DNA from: Lepidodermella squamata
Lineage: Eukaryota; Animalia; Gastrotricha
Direction: 5' to 3'
NCBI GenBank assembly: GCA_047495785.1
Contig: JBLDXI010000021.1
Coordinates: forward strand, 2,418,001-2,482,000
Length of the DNA stretch: 64,000 bases
Part shown: positions 14,961-27,628 of the stretch, piece by piece
Numbering within the stretch: position 1 is the stretch's first letter
How the letters are laid out: the number at the start of each line of letters is the position of its first letter
Position numbers and translations under genes: made by a program
The notes under the pieces: model-generated
Databases searched by the model: none
What the model was told of the DNA's origin: nothing
Seen by the model: the letters and a program-made list of their open reading frames with translations, nothing else

Positions 14961-15460
14961 TTTTGCGCGATTTCGAGCTTTTGACACGGGGATACGCCCG
15001 CAGCCACCGCTAAAGGGCTCGTACGTAGACGTGGGTGGTCATACTCATTACTAATCTAATGGTCCTGACATCTTTGTGGAATTCACTACCTAATAATATC
15101 ACCAGTATTCACTCTACATTGATTTTTGCTACCAAAGTGCGCCATTATATTCTCGAGTTCCTACCTATCCTGCCGAACATGTAATCTTTGTACCATTCCT
15201 CCTGTATCTAAGTATGTATACAGTTGTATGCATCATGCTGTAATTAATTTTATGCAGTCCCGGACGCCTTGTTCTTTGCGCTCGAGCCTCCCTTTGCCAC
15301 CTTTGTACTCATTCTGAATTTTGTAAACATTATGACTAATAATAGGTGCAAAGCGAACGGTAAGCAATAAAGATTTGAGATTTGAGAATGGTCGAAATGC
15401 TCAGAGGAGCCATCAATTAAATCGTTTGTCGTCATCCTCAGTCAGGCCTGGTTTTAGGCT
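14961..15460. repeat. Copy A of a dispersed repeat family, interrupted by an insertion at about 15066-15397
   Basis: Shares blocks gagcttttgacacgggatac and ctcagagga...taaatcgtttgtcgtcatcctcag with 25277-25670 and 56970-57235. Confidence 0.6.
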
Positions 15461-15464
15461 TGTC

Positions 15465-16056
15465 AGCACCCTACCCTATCTAACTATATTCAGAGGGTGG
15501 CTAGGTTTGAATTGCTATCCTTAAACCAAAGATGGTTAATCCGCGATCTAACGATGGCGTTCAAAATAATTAATAATATGTCTCATCCTCTAGAATTCGA
15601 TACTTTCTTTCTCAAACCTAATCTCTCTACTACTCGACATCATTCTAATAACAAATTAACAATTCCTCAACATTCACTTTGCCCTAGGGGCTTTAGCTTT
15701 GCTATTAGAACTGCCAAATTATGGAACCTTCTACCTGCCTCTATCACTAACATTACTTCGATAAATCTTTTTGTTAACTCGTGCAAAAAATTTATATTGG
15801 AAGAATGGCCTGTCCTTACAAATCTGGCCTTAGTTAAATAAAACTAATTATTATTTTAATCACCTTATCTAATGTATGCGTGCCTTGCGCGCATCATCCT
15901 ATATAAACATTCTTATATGCTGTGTACGGTCGCCTTACTTCTGCGCTCGATCCTCTTTTTGCCCATTTATAAATCCATTCCTAAACACTGTTATTCTTTT
16001 ATAAAATTAAAAAAAAAATGGTGCAATCAGAAGGAAAACAATAAAATGATGATGAA
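15465..16056 (+). mobile_element. 5'-truncated LINE (CR1/L2-like): ORF2 C-terminus plus 3'UTR
   Basis: LLSLNQRWLIRDLTMAFKII...TRHH...SFAIRTAKLWNLLP is typical of CR1/L2 ORF2 ends. It finishes with AATAAA and an (ATG)n tail. No TSD was found. Confidence 0.85.
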
Positions 16057-17362
16057 CTGAAGATAACCTTACGGATTTCTGGGTTTCAACCCGTCGGCGA
16101 CACCCGGTTTTCTCCCGCATCAACACGAGCCCTGTTAAACATCACCGGAATAAGTTACAGGGTCTAACCATCACCCATCCCGTATGAAGTAAGAACTTTG
16201 TAAAGATCCAGTGTTTTGGATTTTTGACTTTTTGACTACTATGATTTATTTTTCACTTGTGTGTTAAAGATGGCTTCGGAATAATTCTCGCCACCCGTGG
16301 ATTGGTTATTATTCTTGACTGAGGTTTTACACTAACCCTATGTCCTATGCCAAAGTGTCGTTAATTATGTTTATTTGTCTTGACGCCTCGTCCAATTTCG
16401 TTGGTAGAAGTGCCCTCTCAGAGGGCTCGCGATTCTCCAAAATATCGGTCTGGGTGGCACATTATATTTGGTTCTCAACTTCGGTAATTATGCTACAATT
16501 AAAGAATATATCTGCCGAGGGTACTATAATGTCGAACTGTAAGCCTGAATCAGAATTTTTGAGATATTTTCTTAGGGTATTTCCCGCGAGATTAATTCTA
16601 GGTTTACCTAGATTTTCGGGGGAACTTTTCCGAAATTTTCCAGCAGTCTGAATTCCCTGCACCGTTTTTGTCCGCCGGGTCTGAACATCTTAAACCCTGA
16701 TTTTTCAAGTAATATACTGCAATATGCATAACGAAAAGCGTAAAACGAGGATGAACGGAAATAAGGTACAGGTATCTTACTGAACCCGTTTAGTTGATGG
16801 GTAAAGGTGTATGTACCTTTATAGGCATGGTTTTCGAGTGAGTTCACGTAAACTCTCTGAATGAGTTGCAGTTATGCAGTTATGAATAGTATATTCATTC
16901 ATATTATTGCTTGCTAGCTTTTTCTTCATCAACTCGCAACACTTCGCCTGTAATTTGTGGCTATTGCGAGTTGTGCGTTGCCATTAATATTTTCTAGGTC
17001 CCCTAGCATTGCCGTGTGAAATATTAACTGCGAAGTTTTTGTCTTTGAGCTGGAAAAACATGCTCATTATGAGCTGTTCGGGTCGCTATTTCTGTGAGAC
17101 GGCTCATTGCATGTTCGCTTTGTGTGCATGTTTTTTCAAGACGTATTGTTGTCGCTTCTATCATCCCTTTCTCCGGCGATGTAAGTTTAGATTATACCTC
17201 AATTGTTACTCAGGGTAACTTTGTTGGTGGCGGGATAGTTATGAATTTGATTGTATACTAATGTAGCCTCATTGTCTACAGCTTTTGTAGGAACATGTAG
17301 CCGCACAATCCGCACTGCGGCTTTTTATTTCGCGGGATGTTATATCATATCTTACAACGCTT

Positions 17363-17921
17363 ATGATCCCTGTGAAGTTTCGCCAGCCCCTGCATGCTAT
17401 ACTACTGGCTTTATTCTGCACATCATGCTCTGGTATGATTTATTTTTGCCACCTACTCGAATGGGTTAATCGTCGATTAAATAGGTGTAATGTGGTGTTA
17501 CTGGTGTAACAATTGCGATACAGCGGCACTCTCAACCGCCGACTTCGTGTTGTGCCCTAGCACAGGAGATCAGTACTGCGTGGTTTGTTCCTCCCGCATT
17601 TTCAACTTCTAGCCTAATTATTTTTTCTGTGGTAATTAGAAAGCATCTGTCAACGGAATCAATTATCGCTACTGCTCTAGGTAGGTGACCGTTATGGCTA
17701 TTTGTTTATTAGCCATTGTGTCTTATTTTCATAGGCAATGTACGCCTGGAAACGTTACAACGACTAGCGGTGCCGTTCTTGCCATTAGTTGCTGTCACAC
17801 GCCCCGCTGCAACTCAGCATCGAATCCATATTATTCACCCAGACTAATAGCTTTATTTTTATCGTGCTGCACTTTACTTCGTATATCGCGCCTCCCTATC
17901 GGTATCGGCATAGAAAGCTGA
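17363..17921 (+). CDS. Ly6/uPAR three-finger protein, probably GPI-anchored; exons 17363-17432, 17485-17582, 17640-17680, 17735-17921
   Basis: Spliced product is MIPVKFRQPLHAILLALFCTSCS|GVMWCYWCNNC...CPSTGDQYCV|K...RYCSR|QC...SCCHTPRCNSA plus a hydrophobic tail. It has a signal peptide, 10 Cys and the CCxxxxCN motif. All introns are GT-AG. Confidence 0.88.
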
Positions 17922-19100
17922 GCTAAAATTAGAAATGTCAAGACTAGTCCGAGCATAATAACATTTTTTTATTGTTCGATTTCATTGTAATAATATTGAC
18001 CGAACTGAGCTGAGCCGTCTGAAACTAAGTATACTCTGGAGAAATGTGGCTTAAAATCGAACACTTGAGTGTTATCGACATCGCGGTTAGATAATAACAG
18101 TTTCGCATCCTTTCGAAGATGATACTATTTATCTCTGCTATCTCTCGCCTGCTGGTGCCTATTGCTCTTGCCCTTAATCGTGCTCCGTGCCTACATGGCG
18201 ATCTGAGGCGCGGTTGTCTATCAGCGATGCTAAACGATATCGTTATAATTTGCTTTCAAATTGCGGCACCAGCATCGAAATATATCCTGATGAGTTGTAA
18301 ATAATATATTTGCAGTACGCCGAAACAATACTTGTTGCACAAACAGTTTGGCAGCTCGAACCGCGGAAGATGTTCTCTTCGTTCGTTTAATAACAGACAA
18401 CGACCGTTGCACATGAAAGCACCGGAGCCGGCAGCGCGCCCGTTCACGAGCTGCTGTGTTGAGTTTCGCGCTCCGACGGCCGCGCGTGGACTGAGTCGTG
18501 TTGACAGCGTCGTTGAAGCATGTTATTAACATAATTGACCAAACATCGGCGAGCGCCAATTTCTGCCATCATTGCTTATACAAATTGCGTAACGTGTTAG
18601 CTACTTGCTGCGCGTTCACCCTCTGCCGTTTTGTCTGTTCGCTGATTATAAACATCAACACAGCGCGCCTTCAGTTTTATTACTCGGCCGGTCCCGCATA
18701 TGTTTACAAACATGTTTTCGGTCCATTTTAGATTTCAGCCGCCCCACCCCTCTACTTCCTGTACATTAACAATGTGTCTTGCTGCGCAGCGTGGATTCAA
18801 TTACCGCGCCGCATCTATCTCCTCTATCGCTGCTGTGCGCGAACTTGTGTCGCGGCCCGCACTGATCGACATTTCGATCCGGCTATTCGTTGCCTCAACT
18901 AACACCATTATTTTCGTTGAGCCTGTTGTGACTGTTGTTGTTTTATGATTGAATCTCACGCCTTTAACACAACTCCAATCTCTAGCGTCGTTAAGGTTGT
19001 TATACTTGAAGGTTGTTGCGATATTTTGATTGGCTGGCGCAATAAAAGCCACTTTCTCATCAATTTTAGGCCATTAACAAAAGTATCTGCATCGAATAAT

Positions 19101-21795
19101 ATGCTCAACAAATGTTGGCCTTCAAAGGGCCGACTGGTTAAACATGGCGATAGATCCGGCTCCGGAACGGCTGGATCGACACCCGACGAGGGCGACGAGA
19201 AATCGGCTTCTTGCTCGACGCCACGGGTCCATCAACTGTGGTCTTACTTTTACTGCATCGTTCTTTGCGTTGTTCAAGCGCTCCTTGTTTACCGAGCCGC
19301 GCTTACAATAACCGAAAGCACTTCAAACCCTCATTTATCAGCTGAGCTCTACGGTTACACTATTGCTGTTGCACTCTCAATCACCGTGTCCCTGCTCGCC
19401 GTGGCTGCCAGCATTTGCCGTCTGGGAAATTTCGCCAACGATGGTGATAAACTCGGGAAAGTTATCGTGCGAATTCAGAAGAACAAGGTTACAGACGGCA
19501 GTGCCTCTGGTGACGGAAGCGCCAACTCCACTGGTAAAATGCCGCTGTGGCGTCGGTGTTGGCAACGCGCGGCACCTTTTGCGCCAACCTGTCATTTGAT
19601 TGCTGCTTTTTTGCTGCTGCTACCGAAAAACTTTTTGATGGCTAAAACGTTGGCTCAAGGCATGAAGCCAGGTATGTTTCTGTGGTTATCATTCTAGATT
19701 CTGTTCATCTGTCTGATTTAGAAATGGCGACTGCCACTGAAATCGACATTTTTATGCGCCGAAAAACAACTCGGCTTGATCTATACTTGCTGTTAACTCT
19801 GTCGTCGTCGCAGTCCAATCCGTCGAATGGCACGTGGGCCCACCAGACACAGCCTGGTTTTTCCCTTGGGGCTGATAGGCCATCTGCACTTCTCTTGCCC
19901 TCAGCTGAGTGGGCTAACGTAAGGACCTTGCGAGCTAGTTGATTTTCCTCAATTTCCCATGTCTTCTTTTAGTACATGGTGGCAGCAATTCTATTTGCTA
20001 GCCGTTACCCCGCGGTATTCTGGTACACAAACAAGTCCATTGCCACGTTTTTCGTCATTCATCAGATTTTGACGGTTATCAACTACGCCACGTCTCACGC
20101 CGGTTTTGTGCTCTTATTCAACTTGGCTTCGATGGCCAAACTAGTCCCGTTCGATTTCTTGCTTCAGTAAGTTGATTGATTGCCTTTCCTCGAATACGTC
20201 ATTTCATATTTGTTTTTAGCCCGGTTGCGGTATGTCTTCTCTACATGTTTTCGCTGATAGTCATTTTGGCGTCTTCGATGATTGTTTTCGAGTACGGATA
20301 TGAGCAGTACTTGAAGCAAATTCGAACCTATCAGCGGTTGGTGAGGAGGTCGAGCACGATTTCTCAGCAGCAAGTTGTGCTGTCAGCCAATGGCCACCGC
20401 GCAGATAGCGAGCTCGCGGACATGAATGACAACAGTACCTTAATGTCGTCGGCCTACAGTTGGCGGTCTTATTGTTCGAATATAGCGGCAGTGGTCGCGT
20501 TGATTTGCTTGACTGCGTCGAAGGTGCCCCTAGTCTACGATTACATGACAATTTATCGATTATCGGAAGATACGCTGGTATTCGTTTGCTTGATCTCCGA
20601 CGCTGTTTATTTTTTCTTCTGGATTCTTATCTGGTTCATTTTCACGCTCAAGCAACATTGGACATTTTTAATCCAACACCCGTTCATATACTTTCGAGAC
20701 GTGGCTATTGACAGCACCGATAATTCCAAAACTCGTGGGCTCTTGGCAATGAGCAACAGCAATGTATTTCCGAGCAGTGTCAGTAACAGTAACATGCGTG
20801 CGTCAGACCACGGCTCAGTAATGGCTCCACAAACGCGACGCCACCATCCGTCGACTTCGCTCATGAGCCGAGGCAGCTCGCCGACTAGGTCACTCATGGA
20901 CATAGCAGCGATGACTGGACCGGTAGCGCCAGCTTACGGCCATCATCAAAACCACAGGTTAACAAGGCCGATGTCAGCATTGGTCAACCCTCAAATAGCT
21001 AACGGTCTCAGTTCGCCTTCGCTACCAAATTGCAAATCCGCATTCGCAAATGGTTGAGCTAGAATTTCGTTACGTTAGTCGCTTAATTCATTTCATGTTT
21101 TTCTCACAGATGTTCATGGACCCCCATCGGCCTCTTCGACGCTTCATTTATTCCGGCAAAGTCTACGTGATAAAAACCCGAACCATTTCTACCGTGGCGG
21201 TACGTTGAACCCTCCCAGTCATGTTGTTCAGCAATCGAATATGGGTGTCGCAAATGACCCTAAGCGTCGCAGCTTACCGGCAAAACATTTTTCGGCCCTT
21301 AACGGCTTACCTACGTCAAAGCTCATAAATGGCAACCACATGACTATTAACGAAAATAGCGAAAGGCAATCTCTGAACGGGTGGGCGCTGACTTCTAGTG
21401 GCACAGCGACTGACATCATCCCCGAGGACGCGCCAGTTGACTCTTTCAAGCCGCATGTTCCTTTAAAGCTCTCGACATCATCGACGTGCTACCAGTTGGA
21501 CAACAGCGGGCGTTTTTCGAATGGTTCAAACTCGGGCCTGCACGAGTCACGCTCTGATTTTCTTTTGATGAGCTCTGCGAACAGTAACGGGCAGCACTAT
21601 TTCGCGCCAGGTAGCGGCGCCAACCCTACGTCGACGGCGTCGTTCGCCAGCATTCCGTCAATAATTAAGAAGCGTCCTGCGCCGCCGCCTCGCCAGTCCA
21701 CCGCGAATCTCGAATCGAATCAGCAGCCATCGTCATCGCCGAACGAATCCAATGGTACGGCGACGCTCACTTCCAGTACCGCAAGTCAGGTCTAA
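19101..21795 (+). CDS. tinc: Tincar-like multipass membrane protein, 5 exons
   Basis: Motifs LWSYFY, LGNFANDGDKLG, APTCHLIAAFLLLLP, RYPAVFWYTNK and WFIFTLKQHWTF recall Drosophila tincar. A long Ser/Asn-rich cytoplasmic tail follows. Confidence 0.82.
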
Positions 21796-22284
21796 CACTA
21801 GGCTGACGCGGCATTAGCGTTACATCCGGTTGATTGATGTCTCAATATTATTTAATTACATCCTCATATCAAAAATATTATTGCTGCCGTGATGAAATGA
21901 TGATAATTATTATTATAAGTAGCGCAAAGATGCTACGGCAAACTGCGGCTTTTGTTTTTATGGAATTTATGTTGTTGCGTTTCGATGCGTGTTTCTGCAA
22001 CGCTGCGCGGCGAAAATCTCTGGCCAAGCCGCCCTAGTCTTAGCTCATATGTAAAGCCAATCAATTTCTTACGTGGTCTCGCTATTTCGAAACATTTCTT
22101 GATCAGTCAGGCTTTTGTTTTGATATTGTTTTACTTTTGTTGATGAATTTTTTCTGAAGTGCTACGTCTCCAAGTCTGTGGAGCACATGCAACGCGCCTC
22201 ATTTTATTGGTGCATACCTTTTCGCAGATATCACATTGAAATAAATTGGTGATTCAATTCTACAATGTCTCGTATTATTTATGT

Positions 22285-23375
22285 TCACAGTAGAAGTGAC
22301 CAGTTGTGCGGAGAAACATTGAGATCAATCGGCCAGGTAACTTCTGTTGCAAACGCCTCCAAAACAGGACGTTTGAAAGTGTTAAGCAATTCCGAGGCTG
22401 ACCGGATTGCTCGGTCATTCGTGCTTAACAAGGTCGCAATCGTATCTGCATAGATTTAGTCAATTGTAAACGAATCGTTTAATAAAATTTAAGAGCTTTT
22501 ATACCTTGCGCTGGCAAATAAGGACCAGCCTTCTCATGAAGATTGTCCATTACGCTTTTGACTTTTTCGGGTGGAGTTTCCTGAATGAAGTTTGCTAGTC
22601 TAACAACTTGGCTCATGAGATCTGATGCTGTTTTTGTGATAGGCTCCGAGTTTTCTGCGTCACTGCCAATGACAATTGAGGCAGCAATATCGATATTACG
22701 CAGCGTCCATGTGGGAAACAGTCGCGTTGATATGTCGTGAGCGAAGCATACAACTTTCACAGCTGAAAATGGTGATTTGTGTTGGGAAGCCTGCATGGAT
22801 CACTAGGTCAACAAATTTTACTGAGGGAAAGAAATCGAATCATACCTTGGTGTCAATAATCGCTAGATAATTCAGCAACGCGTCAGCAGAACCTTCAATA
22901 GCGTGACTAACAGAGAAGATAATTAACAGATACTCTTCCTAAACTTAATGCTTACAGCGTCTGCGTAGGGTAAACTAAGCCCATGCCGGTTAGGGGTTCC
23001 AATAATTGACCGTTCGGGCTGAGCTCAGTTACTCTTTGGACGGCCGCTTCTAAGAACGTCAGGGCCGTTGTTGAGCTCGTTTCATTTTCCAACTTAGCTA
23101 CGTAGAATAATCGGTGCACCAAAACGCGCTGAAAAAATTTGTGAAAATAGTAATTCAAGCATCAAGCAGATTACGAGTAAAATTAACACTCGGATTAATG
23201 CGTACGAAAAGCTTACTCTATCCGACTCTCCCCTAAATCGCCGTTCAATTTTACAATGTAGCAAAGATGTCAGAGGCCATTCTAACTCGAACGCTTCGGC
23301 AAGTAATAAATCATCATCATTGGCTGATTTGCTCTTTCTGCTGAAAGTACGCTTGGGCTGAACGCGTTTATTCAT
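22285..23375 (-). CDS. TEX47: TEX47/C7orf62-like protein, 5 exons from the proximal first exon
   Basis: Spliced product contains HRLFYVAKL, LTGMGLVYP, HAIEGS, HDISTRLFPTW, YLPAQD and TEVTWP, matching the recalled TEX47 family pattern. Confidence 0.75.
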
Positions 23376-23830
23376 GGTGAAAATAATATTTTACGAGTTT
23401 CAACGGCATCAAAATTAATATTGCTTCCTACTAATAACGAGCAACGTGCTGACACTGAGGTGGACACTAAGCAACGACAATCGATTCACGCTGCGAGTAA
23501 TTACTGAAAATCACAAGTACATGTTTACGATGGATCGATCCAAAATGAGCGGCATAATGAACTTGAGGCAAGCGTAATCATTCTTCATTATAAACAAATT
23601 AATAATTTATGAGTAGCCATAGCGAGGTGTTTCACGGTAGTAACTGCATTCGCTTACTTCCTCTTCGCAGGAAAATTCTGCTTCACAACTTGAATATAAA
23701 TTAATTTGCTTTGCCTTCGTTGACCAAAACGAAAAACTGTGCATTTTTATAATCCCTAAGATATTCTACTACCCCGTAACAGTCGATAACTGAGCCTAAC
23801 ATGTTATTAGCTGAAAGCCAAGGAAATTAC

Positions 23831-24001
23831 CTGCCCTGCGACTTGCAGTTTATTCTTTGTCAGCTGGAAAATAGACAAGCCAAGTTTTCCTATGTCCGAC
23901 TCATTCATAAGCTCATCGTAGTCGTCGAGATCATCGTCGTTCTTTGAATTTTTGCCACTCTTCAAAGTGCTTTTCGATTTATTCTTCGCTATCACTGGCA
24001 T
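23831..24001 (-). CDS. Candidate alternative first coding exon of the TEX47-like gene
   Basis: ATG-initiated 57-codon exon ending CAG|gtaatt (phase 0), compatible with the phase-0 acceptor before 23128. It shares a basic tract plus NDDDL with exon 23217-23375. Confidence 0.55.
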
Positions 24002-25161
24002 TTAAAGTCAATGTAACCAATAGTTAAATCTATATAAATGGGGAAGGAACTGATTATCATCGGATAAAATAATCAATGACAACGATTCAAAAATTGCATT
24101 TCACGTAATCACCAACTTACCCTTAGTGATAACTGACCAACTGAATTTAGCAATATCAATGCACATTGGGACCTAAAAATGTAATGCTTCGAAATTGGCC
24201 CAATGGTGTTTATCACATTTGTTACTGCTGTTAAGCAGGACATTTTGATGAAATTTGACGCCATTTTGACTGACCTTTTGATTCTCTGTCGAATGGCTCA
24301 TTTAAATTTGAGCCCAGCCATTTGAGACAAAAGATTCCTTCATGCCAAAGTACCATGGATCATTTTCGCCAGTTTCAATCTTACCGTATAGAGTCAACAT
24401 AAAATATCATCACTCATCCGACATAGTATCATCCAACTATAGATAAAGTACATATTTTAGCAAGCCAAGGATAGACAGGGTTGTTATTGTGGCAAGGCAT
24501 GGTATCAATGGAATACTCTTTACAATGTTTCTTCCAACAACAATGTTCATGTTCATAATCATGTTCATTATCTTCCTGCTTCCTATATGTGCAGACAGTG
24601 CAGACAGTAGCTTTGACAGTAGCTCGCTTTCCGTATGTAACCAATCGTCTGTAATATAATAACCAATAGCATGCCTACAATAAGTTTCGTCTATAACCTA
24701 TCATTACAGCATTACCCCGCTAACCCCTCTGCGCCACTTTGACGGCATACCCACTAATTCCCTCATTCCCACCGATGAAACATGTTTTAATGTTTGAGTT
24801 TGGCAAGGCTCGTATAACTTATGCGATAGTTTTCAATGCCTCAGGACTAATTCCCGTTAGAGTGGAGAGTGCCAAAGTGGCGCAAAGAAGTGACGTATCG
24901 TGACTAGATTCAATGATCGTTCAACTTCAACATTCCTGCACTTCTGGCGTTGGGTTCTATGTTGCATTTTAAGAGTTGTTTGTCGCTGATACCACGATTG
25001 GGACTTCGGAAACTTCTTGCGAGAGACAATTGAGGCATTACTATGGCAACGCAAACAAATAATTAATTTTCTTATTTTAAAATCAATTTAAATAAATTCC
25101 AAGCATGTATGTTGCTTAATGTCGATATCAATTATGTGCGTCTTTAGCAACCACCTACCAC

Positions 25162-25955
25162 CCTATAGCGTAAAGCTCTCGCGATTTTTTCACCAGCTCC
25201 GCCTTATTGCTTTAGCTTGAGTCCGTCAGGGCGAGAAGAAATCGTAACCTGATCCTGATCCTGATCCTGACAATGGGAAGTGCGATCGACTGGTGTCGCT
25301 TTTGGATGCTTTTAGCTTAAGGGTTTTTACTGATGTGATGCGACTTCGATTTTGAGCTTCTGACATGGATACACCCGCAGCTACCTCTTAAGGCCATACT
25401 GCTCTAATTACTCTTTGGACGGCCGCTTCTAAGAACGTCAGGGCCGTTGTTGAGCTCGTTTCATTTTCCAACTTAGCTACGTAGAATAATCGGTGCACCA
25501 AAACACGCTGAAAAAATTTGTGAAAATGATGTGATGCGACTTCGATTTTGAGCTTCTGACATGGATACACCCGCAGCTACCTCTTAAGGCCATACTGCTC
25601 TAATGGTCGGAATTCTCAGAGGAAACAATATCTAAATTGTTTGTTGTCATCCCGAGGCCCAGTTAGTGGTGTTCTGTAGAAGGGCCGTGCAGCCAGTACA
25701 GTCCTCTTGGATGCTTTTCGGACTAGCCACTACGCTTACCTTATACAGTGAAAATCAAAAGTTGCGCACGGTCAGGAATTGTTGAGTTGAAACTAGAAAT
25801 ATCTCACACGCGCAGGATCAGGATCAGGATCAGGATCAGGATCAGGATCAGGATCAGGATCAGGATCAGGATTTACGATTTCTCCTCGCCCTGACGGACT
25901 CAAGCTTTCGCCATAAGGCGGAGCTTGTGAGAAAATCGCGAGCTTACGCTCTAGG
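25162..25955. mobile_element. Non-autonomous inverted-repeat element with a captured host-gene fragment
   Basis: Arms 25162-25270 and 25814-25955 are imperfect reverse complements, each lined internally by (CCTGAT)n/(ATCAGG)n. Positions 25408-25527 copy 23029-23148. No TSD is evident. Confidence 0.85.
25814..25872 (+). repeat. (AGGATC)n hexanucleotide tandem repeat, about 10 copies; shorter reverse-complement array at 25249-25270
   Basis: Read directly from the sequence. Confidence 0.95.
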
Positions 25956-26139
25956 AAAGTTTGAACTGGTTTACTAACTACTTAATTGAAATCCCTACTC
26001 CTGGTACTCCAGTTATTGCTGACTGTTTCTCCAGGGCCCAGGCATTAGTGCCCAGGCGCTCGAACTATTTTCAGCTCCAAGCTTGGGTTGAACTCAGCTA
26101 TAAATAAAAAGTGTAACTCGGACAGACCAAGAAGTTTTA

Positions 26140-26343
26140 ATAGTTTTAAAAATATGAATATTCATGAGGCGTTAATTAATATTCCGAAGCCCTCAATTCT
26201 GTCAGAAAAATTATGGAAAAATTATTTTTGATTTGTTTTAACCGTGCTATAAGTGCTCAAATTTTTCCGCAATTTTTGGCTCTCAACTAAGAATGTCCTA
26301 GTTTCATGACATCTCATGAATATATTCATATTATTGAAACTAT
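26140..26343. mobile_element. Degenerate palindromic MITE
   Basis: atagttttaaaaatatgaatattcatgag pairs with ctcatgaatatattcatattattgaaactat. An inner pair is aaaaattatggaaaaatt / aatttttccgcaattttt. Confidence 0.6.
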
Positions 26344-27298
26344 CCCCCTTTTCTAGGAGCTATTTTTGGAGCTCGTGAAAAAGGCGTCATTTTGGTCCGT
26401 TTTGCTGGAGATAAACAGCCTCATTTCGCACGTGCGAAAAAATTCAACTAGCATCGCCTCAATTCCACCGTGCGGATCTTTTGATTGTCACTGTAGTCAT
26501 GTCGTTGAGTCGTTCGCGGCGCCTGGCTTGTCAGCTGTCAGTACCCTACGTTACCTACCTACATACATACCCTACTCTTACGACGCAACCAACGCAGCTC
26601 TCGGGTTTCTTCAACCTGATTCAACCTGAAGAAGAACTGGTGTCCCGTCGACGAACTACGTTGACACCTTAAATGACTCTCCCTAGCTGAGAGGAAGCCG
26701 AAATCCGAGGTGATCAGTGACTCCGCAGGTCTGACAGCCAGACCCCCTGATAGTCTGATAGCACTACCTAAGACCATACAAACATCATCCGTGTCTCGTA
26801 GGCTTGGTGTCAGACTAACCTGGCATAAATGTCGGAATCTGACATTTATGCCAAAGCCAGTTTCCGAGTGGACCAAAGCATGAGACTTACTGTAGGTCTC
26901 ATGGACAGAATAACTGTATTTTTATCCGTACTTGGCGATCTTTAGAAGGAGCTGGGCTACTTAAATAAACACTCATTTTCGGCAAATCGAACTTTTTATT
27001 TTCAGCGTGGTATGTATTTTCTGTGGAACATTGTTAGACTAACCTCATTAGAGAATCATCTTTCTTATCACTGCACCAACGTTCTTTGTCACAATCCTCA
27101 AAGACTGCTAAGCGTTGATCAAAAAATAGTCGAAGAAACTGTAATATATATCAAAATAAACTAGGACGTCAATTTCAGAAAGCCATTCTAAGCTGATTTC
27201 CCAGGATTGGCAGATTGCCTTCGACATTATGGCTCTTTATATGCCCAATGCCCAATGATTAAATTTTCTTCCTGGGGAACCTGTGGTTCCCTAGATCT

Positions 27299-27628
27299 GG
27301 AGCAGGGCATGACTCCCGTAATACCGAGCGCTGTCAAGCCATATGCCAAATTCGCGCAATGACGTCGGTTTTTACACTGAAATATAGACACTCAATTCTC
27401 TATCGATTGCATATAGGTATCTCTCTAGAAGAAATCAACAGGAAAAACCTTTACGCCAATGCGCATTTAAGCGCGTGCAACGATTGACGATTTACCCACT
27501 TTCTATTTGCCTGTTGATTTTATCGAGCGAGGTAACTATATCAAATTTACATTTTGGTGTAAAAACCGACATGATGACGAACTTGGTCTTTGACCCGACG
27601 AAGCGCGGTATTTACGTAGCTCAGCTCC
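27299..27628. mobile_element. Degenerate fold-back MITE of about 330 bp
   Basis: Nested inverted blocks: cgtaataccg/cggtatttacg, gtcggtttttacac/gtgtaaaaaccgac and aaatcaacagg/cctgttgattt. Confidence 0.75.

Noticed and set aside
25331-25604. CRISPR-like repeat-spacer-repeat
   Set aside because: There are only two 78-bp repeats, the context is eukaryotic and no cas genes are present. A templated insertion explains it better.
26680-26730. Hammerhead-like CTGAGAGG-AAG-CCGAAA
   Set aside because: The core lacks a nucleotide and helix I cannot form.
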